DNA of 64,000 bases. Origin: Octopus sinensis (taxonomy: Eukaryota). Of this stretch, positions 1 through 37,722 are shown piece after piece. Location of the stretch: the NCBI RefSeq assembly GCF_006345805.1, contig NC_043023.1, positions 10,106,001 through 10,170,000 on the forward strand, given 5' to 3'. The first letter of the stretch is position 1; every line of letters begins with the position of its first letter. The translations under genes and the position numbers were made by a program. The notes under the pieces were generated by a model. The model saw only the letters and a program-made list of their open reading frames with translations. It searched no databases and was not told where the DNA came from.

Positions 1-637
1 CCAATTATATTGGAATTTGTTGTGAAAACAAATTTTCAAACGTTGAGAAGTTGTCTTAAATCCTTATAGAAACTTTCAGAAAAATGGTTCTTTTGTTTGT
101 GTGAAAATTTCTACAAATCCCTTTCAAATGGATTAGATTAGGATTATATCGGAATTTAACGTGAAAAAACATTAAATATTTGGTGGATACACACACATAT
201 ATACTGACACACATCACGGTTATTTTTCCAAAGTTCATCTTTTCATTTTCTGATGTGTATCAGTGTATATCTCTGCGAATCCACCCAGTTTTTTAATTTT
301 TCTTCATATTAAATTCCGATATAAGTGGAATCTTCACCATCTGAAACGGTTTTATTGAAAATTTCATTAGAAAATATTTATTTTTTTGGAAAGAAAGCCG
401 ACTCGGGTGAACTTTCCGAAATTTCTCTCTGCACCCACTAAAAATTTTTTCTCACAATAAATTCCAATATAATTGGAATCTTCGCCTTCTGAAGCATATT
501 TTTGAAAGAAATTTCATTAAAAAATATCCATTTTTCTAAAAGTTACAGGGAAAGAAATTTGTCGGGGGAGCACACTTGTGTAGTTATGTCTCTACAGGCA
601 TGCATGCACACAGACATATATATATATATATATATAT

Positions 638-1028
638 CATCATCATCATCATCGTCGTTTAACATCCGTTCTCCATGCTAGCATGGGTTGGACGGTTCGA
701 CCGGGGATCTGGGAAGCCAGAAGGCTGCACCAGGCTCCAGTCTTATCTTACAGTGTTTCTACAGCCAACCACTCCGTGAGTGTAGTGGGTGCTTTTTACG
801 TGCCACCTGCACAGGTGCCAGGCGAGGCTGGCAACGGCCACGGTCGGATTGGTGTATTTTATGTGCCACCGGCACGGAAGCCAGACGAGGCGGTGCTGGC
901 ATCGGCTACGAGTCGGATGGTGCTTTTTACGTACCACCAGACCAGGGATCCTGGCTGGTTCAATTCGATTTCGATTTCGCTTGCCCCAACATGTCTTCGC
1001 AAGCAAGGGGGTTGGCATGGGTGCCTGT

Positions 1029-1029
<1 letters not shown>
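638..1029 (-). mobile_element. 5'-truncated 3' end of the RTE LINE family seen at 38864-42025, with (GAT)n tail
   Basis: Reverse complement matches 41620-42025; sits next to (TA)n. Further copies at about 4362-4800(-), 10427-10575(+), 16838-16912(-), 20690-20886(+), 32685-33036(+), 34843-35060(-), 38525-38690(+). Confidence 0.85.
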
Positions 1030-1065
<36 letters not shown>

Positions 1066-1183
1066 GCGCGGCTGTAATGTATATATATATAGGTTTTTAT
1101 GCGTTTAATTGAACACGAGTGTATATTTAATGTAATTGTTAAGTGAATGTCTGTGATGTTTTATGTTTTTTTCTTCCTTTCAG

Positions 1184-25834
<24,651 letters not shown>

Positions 25835-26554
25835 ACTTGTGTGTAAATGCTGCAATTGTTTAGTCCAAGGTCAACCTTGACTAAACAGAGACTCCTGATC
25901 AAATGCCTTCCAGCCAGGACCCTCCTGACTTTATCCTTAGTGTAAGGAACCCAGAATCACATTGTCCAATGTGATAATTGAATTGAGCAGGATTTGGCTA
26001 CTAATTCTAGCAAATCTATCAACAACATAAGAGATTCCCTTCCTGAATTGGTCCCTATCTTCTTAGAAATTAACTTTTGAAATAAAGATAAACTTTGAAA
26101 TGTTTATTTGTTGTTGTTGTTGTGTATCTAACCTCCGCCCCATTATTGTGTAAACAGTTTTAAGATCCTCTCATATATTCATAGTTATCTACCTTCATTT
26201 AACCACACGGTTCCGGGTTCAGTCCCACTGCGTGGCACCTTGGGAAAGTGTCTTCTACTATAGCCTCGGGCCGACCAAAGCCTTGTGAGTGGATTTGGTA
26301 GACGGAAACTGAAAGAAGCCTGTCGTGTATATATATATATATTTGTGTGTCTGTGTTTGTCCCCCCAACATCGCTTGACAACCGATGCTGGTATGTTTAC
26401 GTCCCCGTTACTTAGCAGTTCGGCAAAAGAGACTGATAGAATAAGTACTAGGCTTATAAAGAATAAGTCCTGGGGTCGATTTGCTCGACTAAAAGGCGGT
26501 GCTCCAGCATGGCCGCAGTCAAATGACTGAAACAAGTAAAAGAGTATATCATAT

Positions 26555-26840
26555 GTGGAGGCGCAATGGCCCAGTGGTTAGGGCAGCGGACTTGCGATCG
26601 TAGGATCGTGGTTTCGATTCCCAGACCGGGCGTTGTGAGTGTTTAATGAGCAAAAACACCCAAAGTTCCACGAGGCTCCGGCAGGGGGTGGTAGTGATCC
26701 CTGCTGTACTCTTTTGCCACATCTTTCTTCTGTTGGCCTGCTCGCTTAGCCAGCAGGCTGTTGTCATTTGAAGGCTAAAACAATGCGAAGTGCATTGTGA
26801 CCAGCGATGTGTAGCAACATCAGATAGCCTGGTCAGTCAC
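26555..26840 (+). mobile_element. tRNA-derived SINE (second copy at about 31538-31750)
   Basis: A box TGGCCCAGTGG and B box GTTTCGATTCC followed by a shared non-tRNA body. Confidence 0.8.
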
Positions 26841-27089
26841 AGTGATCATGGTGTTATATATATCATATAGAGATTCTTTTTCTATGTAATATATGATACC
26901 TGTGGGTATTTCACTTTGTCCTGTTGTGGTTTAAGACAGGCTCCCTCTAATGTGGTGGTGTTTGAATAAAACTCAGGGATGGGAGTGCAAGTAAGAGTTA
27001 TCTCTATTTTATATTCTAGCTTTAGGATCATTGTTAGTTACTAATTACTGGTTTTTTTTATCAGCAGAAAATAAAACTTTGATTGCATA

Positions 27090-29880
27090 TATCTATATAT
27101 ATATAAAACTCAACTTGTGTATCTGTGTGTTGAACTTCGCGGCACATCTCCTCCTAGCCAACAAATCGTAGAACCACCAAAAATGGGTCATTTAAAGTTT
27201 AGGCGAATAAAAATTGAACTGCGCTATTTCTGTTCCAAAATTCATCTTGCAAGTGCAAAAATCGATAATGTGTTCGTTTAGGCCTTATCCCATGCATTGA
27301 ATAGTGAACTTTACTCAGTCAGCTGTTTGATGTAAATTCCATGAAAAATAAAAAAATCAAGATATAAAAAAGAATCGCCGTAAACATTGTAGAAATTCGG
27401 CAAAGAAATGAATTTTCGGGATGCAGCCTGGAGGGTTTTTTCGTATTAATCGTTTCTACTTTGTGAACACATACCAGTTATCTATGTATATAAAGCTGAA
27501 GTTGTCTGTGTGTGGCAGGTTTGGTAGCCTTCAACTAATATTATCTCCTCCGAGACCCTGCAGAGCTAGTTGACCAAAATTGAGAGTACGATAGAAGAAG
27601 GCTTGCTCTTCCTTCCGTAGAAGAAAAAAATTCAAATTGGACCATGTTAACACCAAAAATTATTTACATCAAAAAGGTGCTTTTTTTCTATGAAAATCCC
27701 TATTTTTTTGCGATTTGGGCAGGTGTCTTCTACTCTAGATTTGGGCCGACCAATGCCTTGTGAGTGGATTTGGTAGACAGAAACTGAAAAGAAGCCCGTT
27801 GTATACATGTATATATATGTATGTGTGTGTGTCTGTGTTTGTCCCCCTAGCATTGCTTGACAACCAATGCTGGTGTTTATGTCCTCCGTAACTTAGCGGT
27901 TCGGCAAAAGAGACCGATAGAATAAGTACTAGGCTTACAAAGAATAAGTCCTGGGGTCGATTTGCTCGACTAAAGGCGGTGCTCCAGCATGACCACAGTC
28001 AAATAACTGAAACAAGTAAAAGAGTAAAGAGTATCTCAGAGAGATATAAGCAGTGGTGGAACGATAGAGCAGTTGTATACTGTCTCAAAATATCTGTCTC
28101 TCTGAGATGGGGAGAAGGGTATCTTTTTTTCTTCAGAAATGTAAATAAACCCAATCTGTTTCTTAAACTAGGGACATATTCATATGGCACAGAATGTTTT
28201 TTCACTTCAATGGACGTCATTGATTGGTTGAAATTGCAGAAATTGAAGAAGAGAAAACAACAAATATCTTACAAACTATAGAATTTTCTGAATAAACCCA
28301 AAAAAGATGTTTAATGTAACACATTCTACCAGTATACGAAATTATTTTAAAAAACTGCCGGTCAAACGGAAAAGATCCCAAATATCTTACAAACCATAGA
28401 ATTTTCTCAATAAAGCCAAGAGAAAAAGATGTTTTATAAACACATTCTACCAGTATACGAAGTTTAAAAGTGTTTAGTTACGTGGAAATTATTTAAAAAA
28501 AACTGCCGGTCAAACCGAAAAGATCCCAAATATCTTACAAACTATAGAATTTTCTCAATAAAGCCAAGAGAAAAAGATGTTTTATAAACACATTCTACCA
28601 GTATACGAAGTTTAAAAGTGTTTAGTTACGTGGAAATTATTTTAAAAAACTGCCGGTCAAACGGAAAAGATCCCAAATATCTTACAAACCATAGAATTTT
28701 CTCAATAAAGCCAAGAGAAAAAGATGTTTTATAAACACATTCTACCAGTATACGAAGTTTAAAAGTGTTTAGTTACGTGGAAATTATTTAAAAAAAACTG
28801 CCGGTCAAACCGAAAAGATCCCAAATATCTTACAAACTATAGAATTTTCTCAATAAAGCCAAGAGAAAAAGATGTTTTATAAACACATTCTACCAGTATA
28901 CGAAGTTTAAAAGTGTTTAGTTACGTGGAAATTATTTTAAAAAACTGCCGGTCAAACGGAAAAGATCCCAAATATCTTACAAACCATAGAATTTTCTCAA
29001 TAAAGCCAAGAGAAAAAGATGTTTTATAAACACATTCTACCAGTATACGAAGTTTAAAAGTGTTTAGTTACGTGGAAATTATTTAAAAAAAACTGCCGGT
29101 CAAACCGAAAAGATCCCAAATATCTTACAAACTATAGAATTTTCTCAATAAAGCCAAGAGAAAAAGATGTTTTATAAACACATTCTACCAGTATACGAAG
29201 TTTAAAAGTGTTTAGTTACGTGGAAATTATTTTAAAAAACTGCCGGTCAAACCGAAAAGATCCCAAATATCTTACAAACTATAGAATTTTCTCAATAAAG
29301 CCAAGAGAAAAAGATGTTTTATAAACACATTCTACCAGTATACGAAGTTTAAAAGTGTTTAGTTACGTGGAAATTATTTTAAAAAACTGCCGGTCAAACG
29401 GAAAAGATCCCAAATATCTTACAAACCATAGAATTTTCTCAATAAAGCCAAGAGAAAAAGATGTTTTATAAACACATTCTACCAGTATACGAAGTTTAAA
29501 AGTGTTTAGTTACGTGGAAATTATTTAAAAAAAACTGCCGGTCAAACCGAAAAGATCCCAAATATCTTACAAACTATAGAATTTTCTCAATAAAGCCAAG
29601 AGAAAAAGATGTTTTATAAACACATTCTACCAGTATACGAAGTTTAAAAGTGTTTAGTTACGTGGAAATTATTTTAAAAAACTGCTGGTCAAACCGAAAA
29701 GATCCAATAATTTTTTACACAAAATAATTTTTGTTAAACAAAGTAAATAAAACGCAAAAAAAGGAAATAATTTTTTAAACTAAGTAAATAACACACAAAA
29801 ACACAAAGTAAGGATCAACTAGTCATGACTAGCATGCGCGAGTATACGAATGCGCGCACCGGCACCCCTGTTCTCAAGTA
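27090..29880 (+). mobile_element. Non-autonomous Helitron-like elements (TCTATATATATAAA starts at about 27095 and 27481) carrying an internal tandem array
   Basis: 5' TC-TATATATAAA ends. The 27481 element has a minus-strand copy at about 31790-32120. CTAG/hairpin-rich 3' region at about 29810-29865. Family assignment is inference. Confidence 0.4.
28262..29705. repeat. Tandem array: 9 units of 147-148 bp plus one shorter diverged unit
   Basis: Unit starts at 28380, 28528, 28675, 28823, 28970, 29118, 29265, 29412, 29560; alternating A/B variants. Confidence 0.95.
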
Positions 29881-30298
29881 TTACCCAACAATGTAGCATT
29901 CCCATCGTGTACCCTTGGACTGTCTCAGGGCTAAACATTAAAAAAAAACCTGGAAGAGACAAATCAGGCATCGACGACGCATGTGCAAATCACAACAGCC
30001 TTGAATGGAAATTGTGAAGGACGTATAAAGGAACCCAATTGCCAAGACTGTTCCTCTTTTCCTTTTGGCATGTCAGGTCCCTCACTGCCCTGGAACTGAT
30101 GCTGCTGGCGGTTCAAACCGAAAAGATCCTATAAATATACCTGAATATTCAATGAGATGAGTATCATGTTTCCAATGGTGGAGCTACCTGAACTTAAAAG
30201 AAGCCTGGCTATATTTTTCAATGCAAAACATCAAAATTACCGTGTAGGTATAGACGTATTCCCAAACACATGAACTCACAGATACACACACACACAGA

Positions 30299-30345
<47 letters not shown>

Positions 30346-30435
30346 AATAAGGGGAGAAATTGATATTAATCAATTAAAACCAGTGGCTTAGCATATTAAA
30401 AAAATCCAAAGATTAAAATATTTTTACATACAAAA

Positions 30436-30573
30436 TTTAAAGGACTGACGACTAAAAGTGGACGGTCAATATGCTAGATATAGACGTCAAAATAGCGATT
30501 TCGTGGAAAATAACGATTTTGACGTTTATATCTAGCATGTTGACCGTCCACTTTTAGTGGTCAGTCCTTTAAA
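30436..30573. repeat. Hairpin/inverted repeat, about 58-bp arms and about 22-bp spacer
   Basis: tttaaaggactga..gacgtcaaaat against attttgacgt..tcagtcctttaaa. Confidence 0.9.
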
Positions 30574-30574
30574 C

Positions 30575-30582
30575 TTTGTATG

Positions 30583-30659
<77 letters not shown>

Positions 30660-30946
30660 GTATATATATATGTATATATATATGTATATATATATGTATA
30701 TATATATGTATATATATATGTATATATATATGTATATATATATGTATATATATGTATATATATATGTATGTATATATGTATATATATATATATGTATATA
30801 TGTATGTATATATATATGTATGTATATATATATGTATATATATATATGTATGTATATATATATGTATGTATGTATATATATATGTATATATATATATATA
30901 TGTATGTATATATATATATATGTATATATGTATGTATATATATATG

Positions 30947-31015
<69 letters not shown>

Positions 31016-31058
31016 ATATATATGTATATATGTATATATATATATATATATATGTATG

Positions 31059-31113
<55 letters not shown>

Positions 31114-31446
31114 ATATATATGTATGTATATATATATGTATATATGTATGTATATATATATGTATGTATATATATATGTATATATATATATATGTATGTA
31201 TATATATATGTATATATATATATATGTATATATATATATGTATGTATATATATATGTATATATATATATATGTATGTATATATATATGTATATATATATA
31301 TATGTATGTATATATATATGTATATATATATATATGTATGTATATATATATGTATATATATATATATGTATGTATATATATATGTATATATATATATATG
31401 TATGTATATATATATGTATATATATATATGTATGTATATATATATG

Positions 31447-31477
<31 letters not shown>

Positions 31478-31488
31478 GTATGTATATA

Positions 31489-31538
<50 letters not shown>
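30575..31538. repeat. About 960-bp compound (TA)n/(TATG)n microsatellite
   Basis: Read directly. Similar tracts at about 38690-38862, 42025-42530, 43750-44215, 47430-47895, 48600-48815. Confidence 0.97.
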
Positions 31539-31539
<1 letters not shown>

Positions 31540-32126
31540 GGAGGTGCAATGGCCCAGTGGTTAGGGCAGCGGACTCGTGGTCGCAGGATCGCGGTTTCGA
31601 TTCCCAGACCGGGTGTAGTGAGTGTTTATTGAGCGAAAACACCTAAAAGCTCCACGAGGCTCCGGCACGGGGTGGTGATCCCTGCTGTACTTTTTCACCA
31701 TTCTTTCTTTCGCTCTTTCTTCTGATGGCCTGCTCGCTTGGCCAGCGGGGTTTTTTTTATTTGTGCTTAAAACAACCCTTTAGAATTGGTATTTTCGAAA
31801 AGTAAAAATCTTGCATTATGTAGCTTGTTATTCTCTTTAAGTGAACAGTTTTCTGGTTGAAATACACCGAAAAATCACGACACGGCAGTCAAAAATATCA
31901 TAAAAAATAGGGCTTTTCATAGAAAAAAAGCACCTCTTTAATAATTTTTTATCTTAACATGTTCTGATTTGAATTTTTCCTTCTACAAAAGGAAGAGCAA
32001 GCCTTCTTCTATCATACTCTTAATTTTGGTCAACTTGCGCCGCAGGGTCTCGGAGGAGATAGTGCTAGTTGAAGGCTACCAAACCTGACACACACTGGCA
32101 ACTTCAGCTTTATATATATATATGTA

Positions 32127-32333
32127 TTGGGTTGTCCGGAAAGTTCGTGCCGAGTTATAGTAGCTTACCTTTCGACTTATTTTAGAACATGGTCGAGTCC
32201 ATAAAATAGGAAATATGGATACGCATTGTGCAAGAAAATGGTTCGTATTTGGTTGATTAAAAATGTAATGGCAAGAATTTATTGACCTATTTCTTTCCTT
32301 TAAAAATCGGCATGAACTTTCCGGACAACCCAA
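32127..32333. mobile_element. Mariner-derived MITE
   Basis: 27-bp TIR ttgggttgtccggaaagttc(g/a)tgccga with TA on both sides. Confidence 0.88.
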
Positions 32334-33069
32334 TATTTAATTTTTCATAGAACCTCTCATCTTCCTTCTGGGACCTTAAAAAAAAAGAAAAAAGTAAGAA
32401 AGAAAAAGAAAACAAAATTGATTTCAGTGATGACTGCACCCCATTTTACATTATTATCCCCATCCTAGAACTGACATCTTGGAGAGGTCTCCATCCTTGA
32501 ACTCTTGTAAGTACAATGGTAAAAGTGACTAAACAAATAAATATATGGTGAATACATGTCAAATTGAAGGAGAGGTCTCTCTCTCTCTACCTACCTATCT
32601 GTCTGTCTGCCTACCTATCTGTCTATCTATCTATCTGTCTATCTATCTATCTATCTATCTATCTATTTATTTATATGTATCCAAACATGGCTGATGCCAG
32701 CGCCACCTCGACTGGCTTCTGTGCCGGTGGCACATAAAAAGCACCATCCGAACATGACCGATGCTAGTGCCGCCTTGGCTGGCTTTTGTGCCAGTAGCAC
32801 GTAAAAAGCACCATCAGATCGTGGCCATTTGTCAGCCTCGTCTGGTACCTGTGTTGGTGGCACATAAAAAGCACCCACTACACTCACGGAGTGGTTGGCG
32901 TTAGGAAGGGCATCCAGCTGTAGAAACACTGCCAGATCAGACTGGGCCTGGTGCAGCCTTCTGGCTTCCCAGATCCCCGGTCGAACCGTCCAACCCATGC
33001 TAGCATGGAAAGCGGACGTTAATTGATGATGATGATGTATTAAAAGAAAAACAGGACGCAAAGGATTTT

Positions 33070-33163
33070 GCGGTACATATGTTTCGGGCTTTATTGAACA
33101 ACTTATTCTTATATCAATGCATAATTGATATAACATATAGATCAAAAGCCTTCTTCAGCTGCG
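33070..33163 (-). ncRNA. Type I hammerhead-like motif
   Basis: Reverse complement: cgcag-CUGAAGA-a-GGCUUU..(internal hairpin uauaucaau/auugauaua)..AAAGCC-c-GAAA-CAUAUG-UA/ccgc. Confidence 0.6.
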
Positions 33164-34048
33164 TACAATTACCACACCAAAGACATGTATCACATTATAA
33201 CAGGTTTGAGAAAAAACTGAGTTTCATTGGGAAAGTAAATCCTCATAGGCGTACATAGTATTGCGGGACTCCAAAACAAATCGTCCATACCTTTTCTTCA
33301 CTCGATAAAGAATGAATACTGGGTAGATTACTTCAAGGGAAGGAATTGGATCTTCATTGTCCTGGAACCTCACCCAAAAAAACCCCCCAAAAAACAATGT
33401 CCTCCTCTTCTAAACAAAGTAAAAAACATCTGTTTTATATAAATGAACAACCTGTTTGCACTTTCGCAAAATTTTGACTAGTCCGAAGAATGAACAAAAT
33501 CACCAATAATAATGAATAAATAAAATAACTTTTCCAAAATTGTGGCGACTTCTGTGTTGATGTTGAAATATTTGCAATGTTGAATTATACTGTTGTTTGA
33601 CTTCCCTCTTTATCTCAATGCTTTTTCTATTTCAGAATATCACATCCTGTTGACGTAAAAGAAACTTCTTCATCATCATCCTTTTGTCTGATATTTCTAT
33701 TGGCTTTCATCAATTAAAGGAAGACCATATATTCATAAGGCACATTCATCAATACTTCAACCTTTTTATACAAATAAAATCTTCATCAAACGATGGGAAA
33801 ATATTTCTTCTGGACAATGGAATTAACAGCAACGTTTTTGTTGTCTTCATTATCTGGAATGTAGAGGAGATAATCAATTTACAGATTAAATTTGCTTGGT
33901 TAACTTTACAAAAGAGTTAACAATTTACATCTATTTTAGTAAAATCACTGATGAAAAAAGCGTAGCTTTAAGTTGTTCTCTGAAAATAGTGATAAAACTG
34001 GACACAAACTTTCATAGAAATGAAAAACACGATATCATTGTGACATGT

Positions 34049-34690
34049 ATGACAAATTATTCTCTTGAAATGAATAATTTAACTAAACCAAAAAACTCTG
34101 ATACAAGAGAGAAACCATATCACTGTGATATTTGTGGTAAATCATTTTCTCAAAGTGGTTCTTTGACTAGTCACAAACGTATTCATACAGGAGAGAAGCC
34201 ATATCATTGTGATATCTGTGGTACATCATTCTCTGTAAGTTGTCATTTGACTAGGCACAGACGTATTCATACAGGAGAGAAGCCATTCCATTGTAAGATC
34301 TGTGGTGAATCATTTTCTAGAAATAATCACTTGACTGTTCACAAACGTGTTCATACTGGAGAAAAACCATATCAGTGTGATATCTGTGGTAAATCATTTT
34401 CTGTAAATAGCACTTTAACTAGTCACAAGCGTATTCATACAGGAGAGAAGCCATATCAGTGTAATATCTGTGGGAAACCATTCTCTATCTTGAATCGGCA
34501 CAAACTTACACATACAGAAGAGAAGCCATATTATTGTGATATCTGTGGTAAATCATTCTCTCAAACTGGGGAATTGTCTAGACACAAACGCATTCATACA
34601 GGCGAGAAGCCATATTGTAATATCTGTGGTAAATCATTCTCTCAAAAATGCCTCTTAAATACACACGTGAGTATTCATACACAAGTTTGA
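34049..34690 (+). CDS. C2H2 zinc-finger protein with 7 Kruppel-type fingers (finger 5 shortened) and no recognisable effector domain
   Basis: C-x2-C-x12-H-x3-H fingers with TGEKPY linkers. Start at ATG 34049 or 34070 inferred from the paralogue; splice acceptor ends at 33635. Confidence 0.88.
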   Translation: MTNYSLEMNNLTKPKNSDTREKPYHCDICGKSFSQSGSLTSHKRIHTGEKPYHCDICGTSFSVSCHLTRHRRIHTGEKPFHCKICGESFSRNNHLTVHKRVHTGEKPYQCDICGKSFSVNSTLTSHKRIHTGEKPYQCNICGKPFSILNRHKLTHTEEKPYYCDICGKSFSQTGELSRHKRIHTGEKPYCNICGKSFSQKCLLNTHVSIHTQV

Positions 34691-35679
34691 CACGTCAGTG
34701 TCAAAATTTATTACAACTGGACAAAAATTATGAATATTTTGTCAGATGAAAAACAGGGTTTATTCGTCTTAAAGCTTCATGTTATCAACTTCAATTTCAT
34801 CAATATCAATACGAAATTTATGAATATCAACTTCAACATCATGTCATCATCATCATCATCGTTTAACGTCTGCTTTCCATGCTAGTATGGGTTGGACGAT
34901 TTGACTGAGGTCTGGCAAACCAGATGGTTGCACCAGATCCCAATCTTGATCTGGCAGACTTTCTACAGCTGGATATCCGTTGTAACGCCAACCACTCCGA
35001 GAGTGTGGAGGGTGCTTTTACATGCCACCGGCACAGGGGCCAGTCAGGTGCTACTGGCATGTATATATATAAATGAAGGGGATTGTGCTGAATTTTTGAG
35101 GAATTTGTTATGAGAGAATAAAAGTATGGGAATAAGGAATAAAATTTGAAAGGGACATTGATTTTGTCTTTGTTGTGTTTTGATCATCATCATCCTTTTG
35201 TCTGTAGGCTTGGGTGCTAAAGTGTAACATGAGCTGTCAAGCCAGAGTGCTGTTCCAGGTTCCTGTTAGATTTGGCTTGATTTCTTTGGCTGTATGCCCT
35301 TAACCCTTTAGCATTCAGATTACTCTGTCAAATGTAAACCCTCTTTAATCACATTGTTTTAAATTAATTGTATAGCATCTTGTAACTCTGAGATTTTGAT
35401 GATGTCCCTGTTTATTTTTAGAATGACTTTGTAGGGTAGGTGTGAGAGGTCAGAGCTAGCTGGTTTGAGCATATAACAGGAAGATAATTTTGGCCTGGTA
35501 TGGCCGGTTTGAACACTAAAGGGTTAAGATACATGGTGTATTTTATAAATATGCCTGTTCAAGTATCGTAATAGCAGGAAACTAGTAGTAGCCCTTTCAA
35601 TTGTGTATTTAATTTGATATATGTATGTACGTGTGTGAACATGATGAGTCTGATAACTAAAGTAAGTGTATATAAATCT

Positions 35680-35980
35680 TGTATTTTTAGTATATCTTTG
35701 TATGGGGCAGAAGCAGGGACTCCCTTACAAATCTTGTATTTTTAGTATATCTTTGTATGGGGCAGAAGCAGGGACTCCCTTCTACACAGAAATAAAAAAA
35801 AAACTTGAAACCTTTCGCATATGATGTTTGCACAAAATATGCAACAAAATGTCAAGAGAAGACATCAAATGTCAGAATCTTAGACACATGTGGTATGTCC
35901 AGCATCCAAAGCGTGTTGATGAGAATTCAGTGCAGATGGGTAGGACATGATTTTCAAATGGAAAGTGAATGCATTAAAAA
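35680..35980 (+). mobile_element. Degenerate RTE C-terminal fragment with a small tandem duplication
   Basis: SLYGAEA motif duplicated (about 35677-35780); ILDTCGMSSIQSVLMRIQCRWVGH. Confidence 0.55.
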
Positions 35981-36167
35981 AATATGGCAAACAAGTGGAT
36001 GGATATCTATTTCTTTACTTCCCACAAGGGGCTAAACACAGAGAGGACACACAGATTAAGGTGATTATATCGACCCCAGTGTGTAACTGGTACTTAATTT
36101 ATCGATCCTAAAAGGATGAAAGGCAAAGTCGACCTTGACAGAATTTGAACCCAGAATGTAAAGACAG

Positions 36168-36248
36168 CCATATCAATGTGATACCTGTGGTAAATCATTC
36201 TCTTGGAGTGGTAACTTGACTAGACACAAAATTACACATACATTGTAA
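36168..36248 (+). pseudogene. Orphan single C2H2 finger remnant
   Basis: PYQCDTCGKSFSWSGNLTRHKITHTL*, directly after a SINE 3' module. Confidence 0.7.
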
Positions 36249-37722
36249 TATCTGTAGCTTATAATTCTTAACTTTTTCAATAAACCTTTAAACCATATTA
36301 CATACTCATTGTGTTTCCATACTTTGCTATGATCCTAAAAGCCTCAAGCCCTTTACTGCTATCTCTTTCTCTTATGTGTGGCAATGCTGACCATTACTTG
36401 ACCACTTCCATTCGTAAACTATTCAAAGAATCCTCTGGTCTTACAAAGTTTCACATTCTTGCTCCACTATATCTTGATTCTATCATATTTCTTTACTACC
36501 CACAAAGGGGCTACACACAGAGAGGACAAACAAGGACAGACAAACAGATTAAGTCGATTATATCAACCTCAGGGCGTAACTGGTGCTTAATTTATCGATC
36601 CTAAAAGGCTGAAAGGCAAAGTCGACCTCAACAGAATTTGAACCCGGAATGTAAAGACAGATGAAATACCGCTAAGCATTTTGCCCGGCATGCTAACGAT
36701 TCTGCCAGCTTGCCACCGATGGATATCATGACAGGAAAACCTATCTTTAGGTATAAGAATAAACTAAAGCAATAAATAAAATCTCTACATCTTGATTTGA
36801 CATGTTGGGGTAAGTCATTGCCTGGATCCACTTCCATGGTGTAAAATTTCTGGCTCTAGACAAATGGTGTAAATCTGATTTAGGTGTATTTACATTTTTT
36901 CTCTACAAGAAGAAATTTTCTTCATAACAAAACACAATGAATGTGTATGAGTTTGAACCTGCCACTGACATATCCAAAATGGTAATAACATTGCATTTAT
37001 ACACATCACTTTTACTTGTTTCAGTCATTTGACTGCGGCCATGCTGGAGCACCGTCTTTAGTCGAGTACATCGACCCCGGGACTTATTCTTTGTAAGCCC
37101 AGTACTTATTCTATCAGTCTCTTTTGCCGAACCGCTAAGTTACGGGGATGTAAACACACCAGCATCGGTTGTCTAGTGGTGTTGGTTGGACAAGCACAGA
37201 CACACAAACATACACACATATATATACATATATATGATGGGCTTCTTTCAGTTTCCTTCTACCAAATCCACTCACAAGGCATTTGTCGGCCCAGTGCTAT
37301 AGTAGAAGACACTTGCCCAAAGTGCCACGCAGTGGGACTGAACCCGGAACCATGTGGTTGGTAAACAAGCTACTTACCACACAGCCACTCCTACACCTAT
37401 TTACATTTTTTCTCTACAAGAAGAAATTTTCTTCATAACAAAACAATGAATGTGTATGAGTTTGAACCTGTCACCGACATATCCAAAATGGTAATAACAT
37501 TGCATTTATACACACCACTGCTTAGTACCGGTATTTTGTTTAAAAAATTACGGGCTGCTTGACTTAAGGTCTATTTGGCTGCTATTTTTACCACATCTCT
37601 CGAAAGCATGTCTGTTGACACTGTGCTCTGTTACTTGTGCCCATCTACTGTGCTAAAAATAACATATTTTGAAAAACGTATACATACATGCATGCATGTA
37701 TGTATGTATGTATGTATGTATA

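Noticed and set aside
26555-26630. tRNA-like sequences (also 5870, 31538, 45595 and others)
   Set aside because: The A/B boxes run into shared non-tRNA bodies and the acceptor stems are imperfect: SINE heads, not tRNA genes.
28262-29705. Regular repeat array resembling CRISPR
   Set aside because: Units are contiguous near-identical 147-148-mers with no unique spacers and no cas genes, in a eukaryotic context.
30557-31646. Long YI/YM/CI-rich ORFs on both strands (also about 3923-4434, 41919-42620, 43727-44166, 47214-48064, 48583-49226)
   Set aside because: They are translations of (TA)n/(TG)n microsatellites, which lack stop codons; there is no coding signal.
33896-34048. N-terminal extension of the 7-finger ORF from the TTG at 33896
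   Set aside because: The homologous region in the paralogue is not part of its ORF; it is treated as 5' UTR, with the start at ATG 34049 or 34070.
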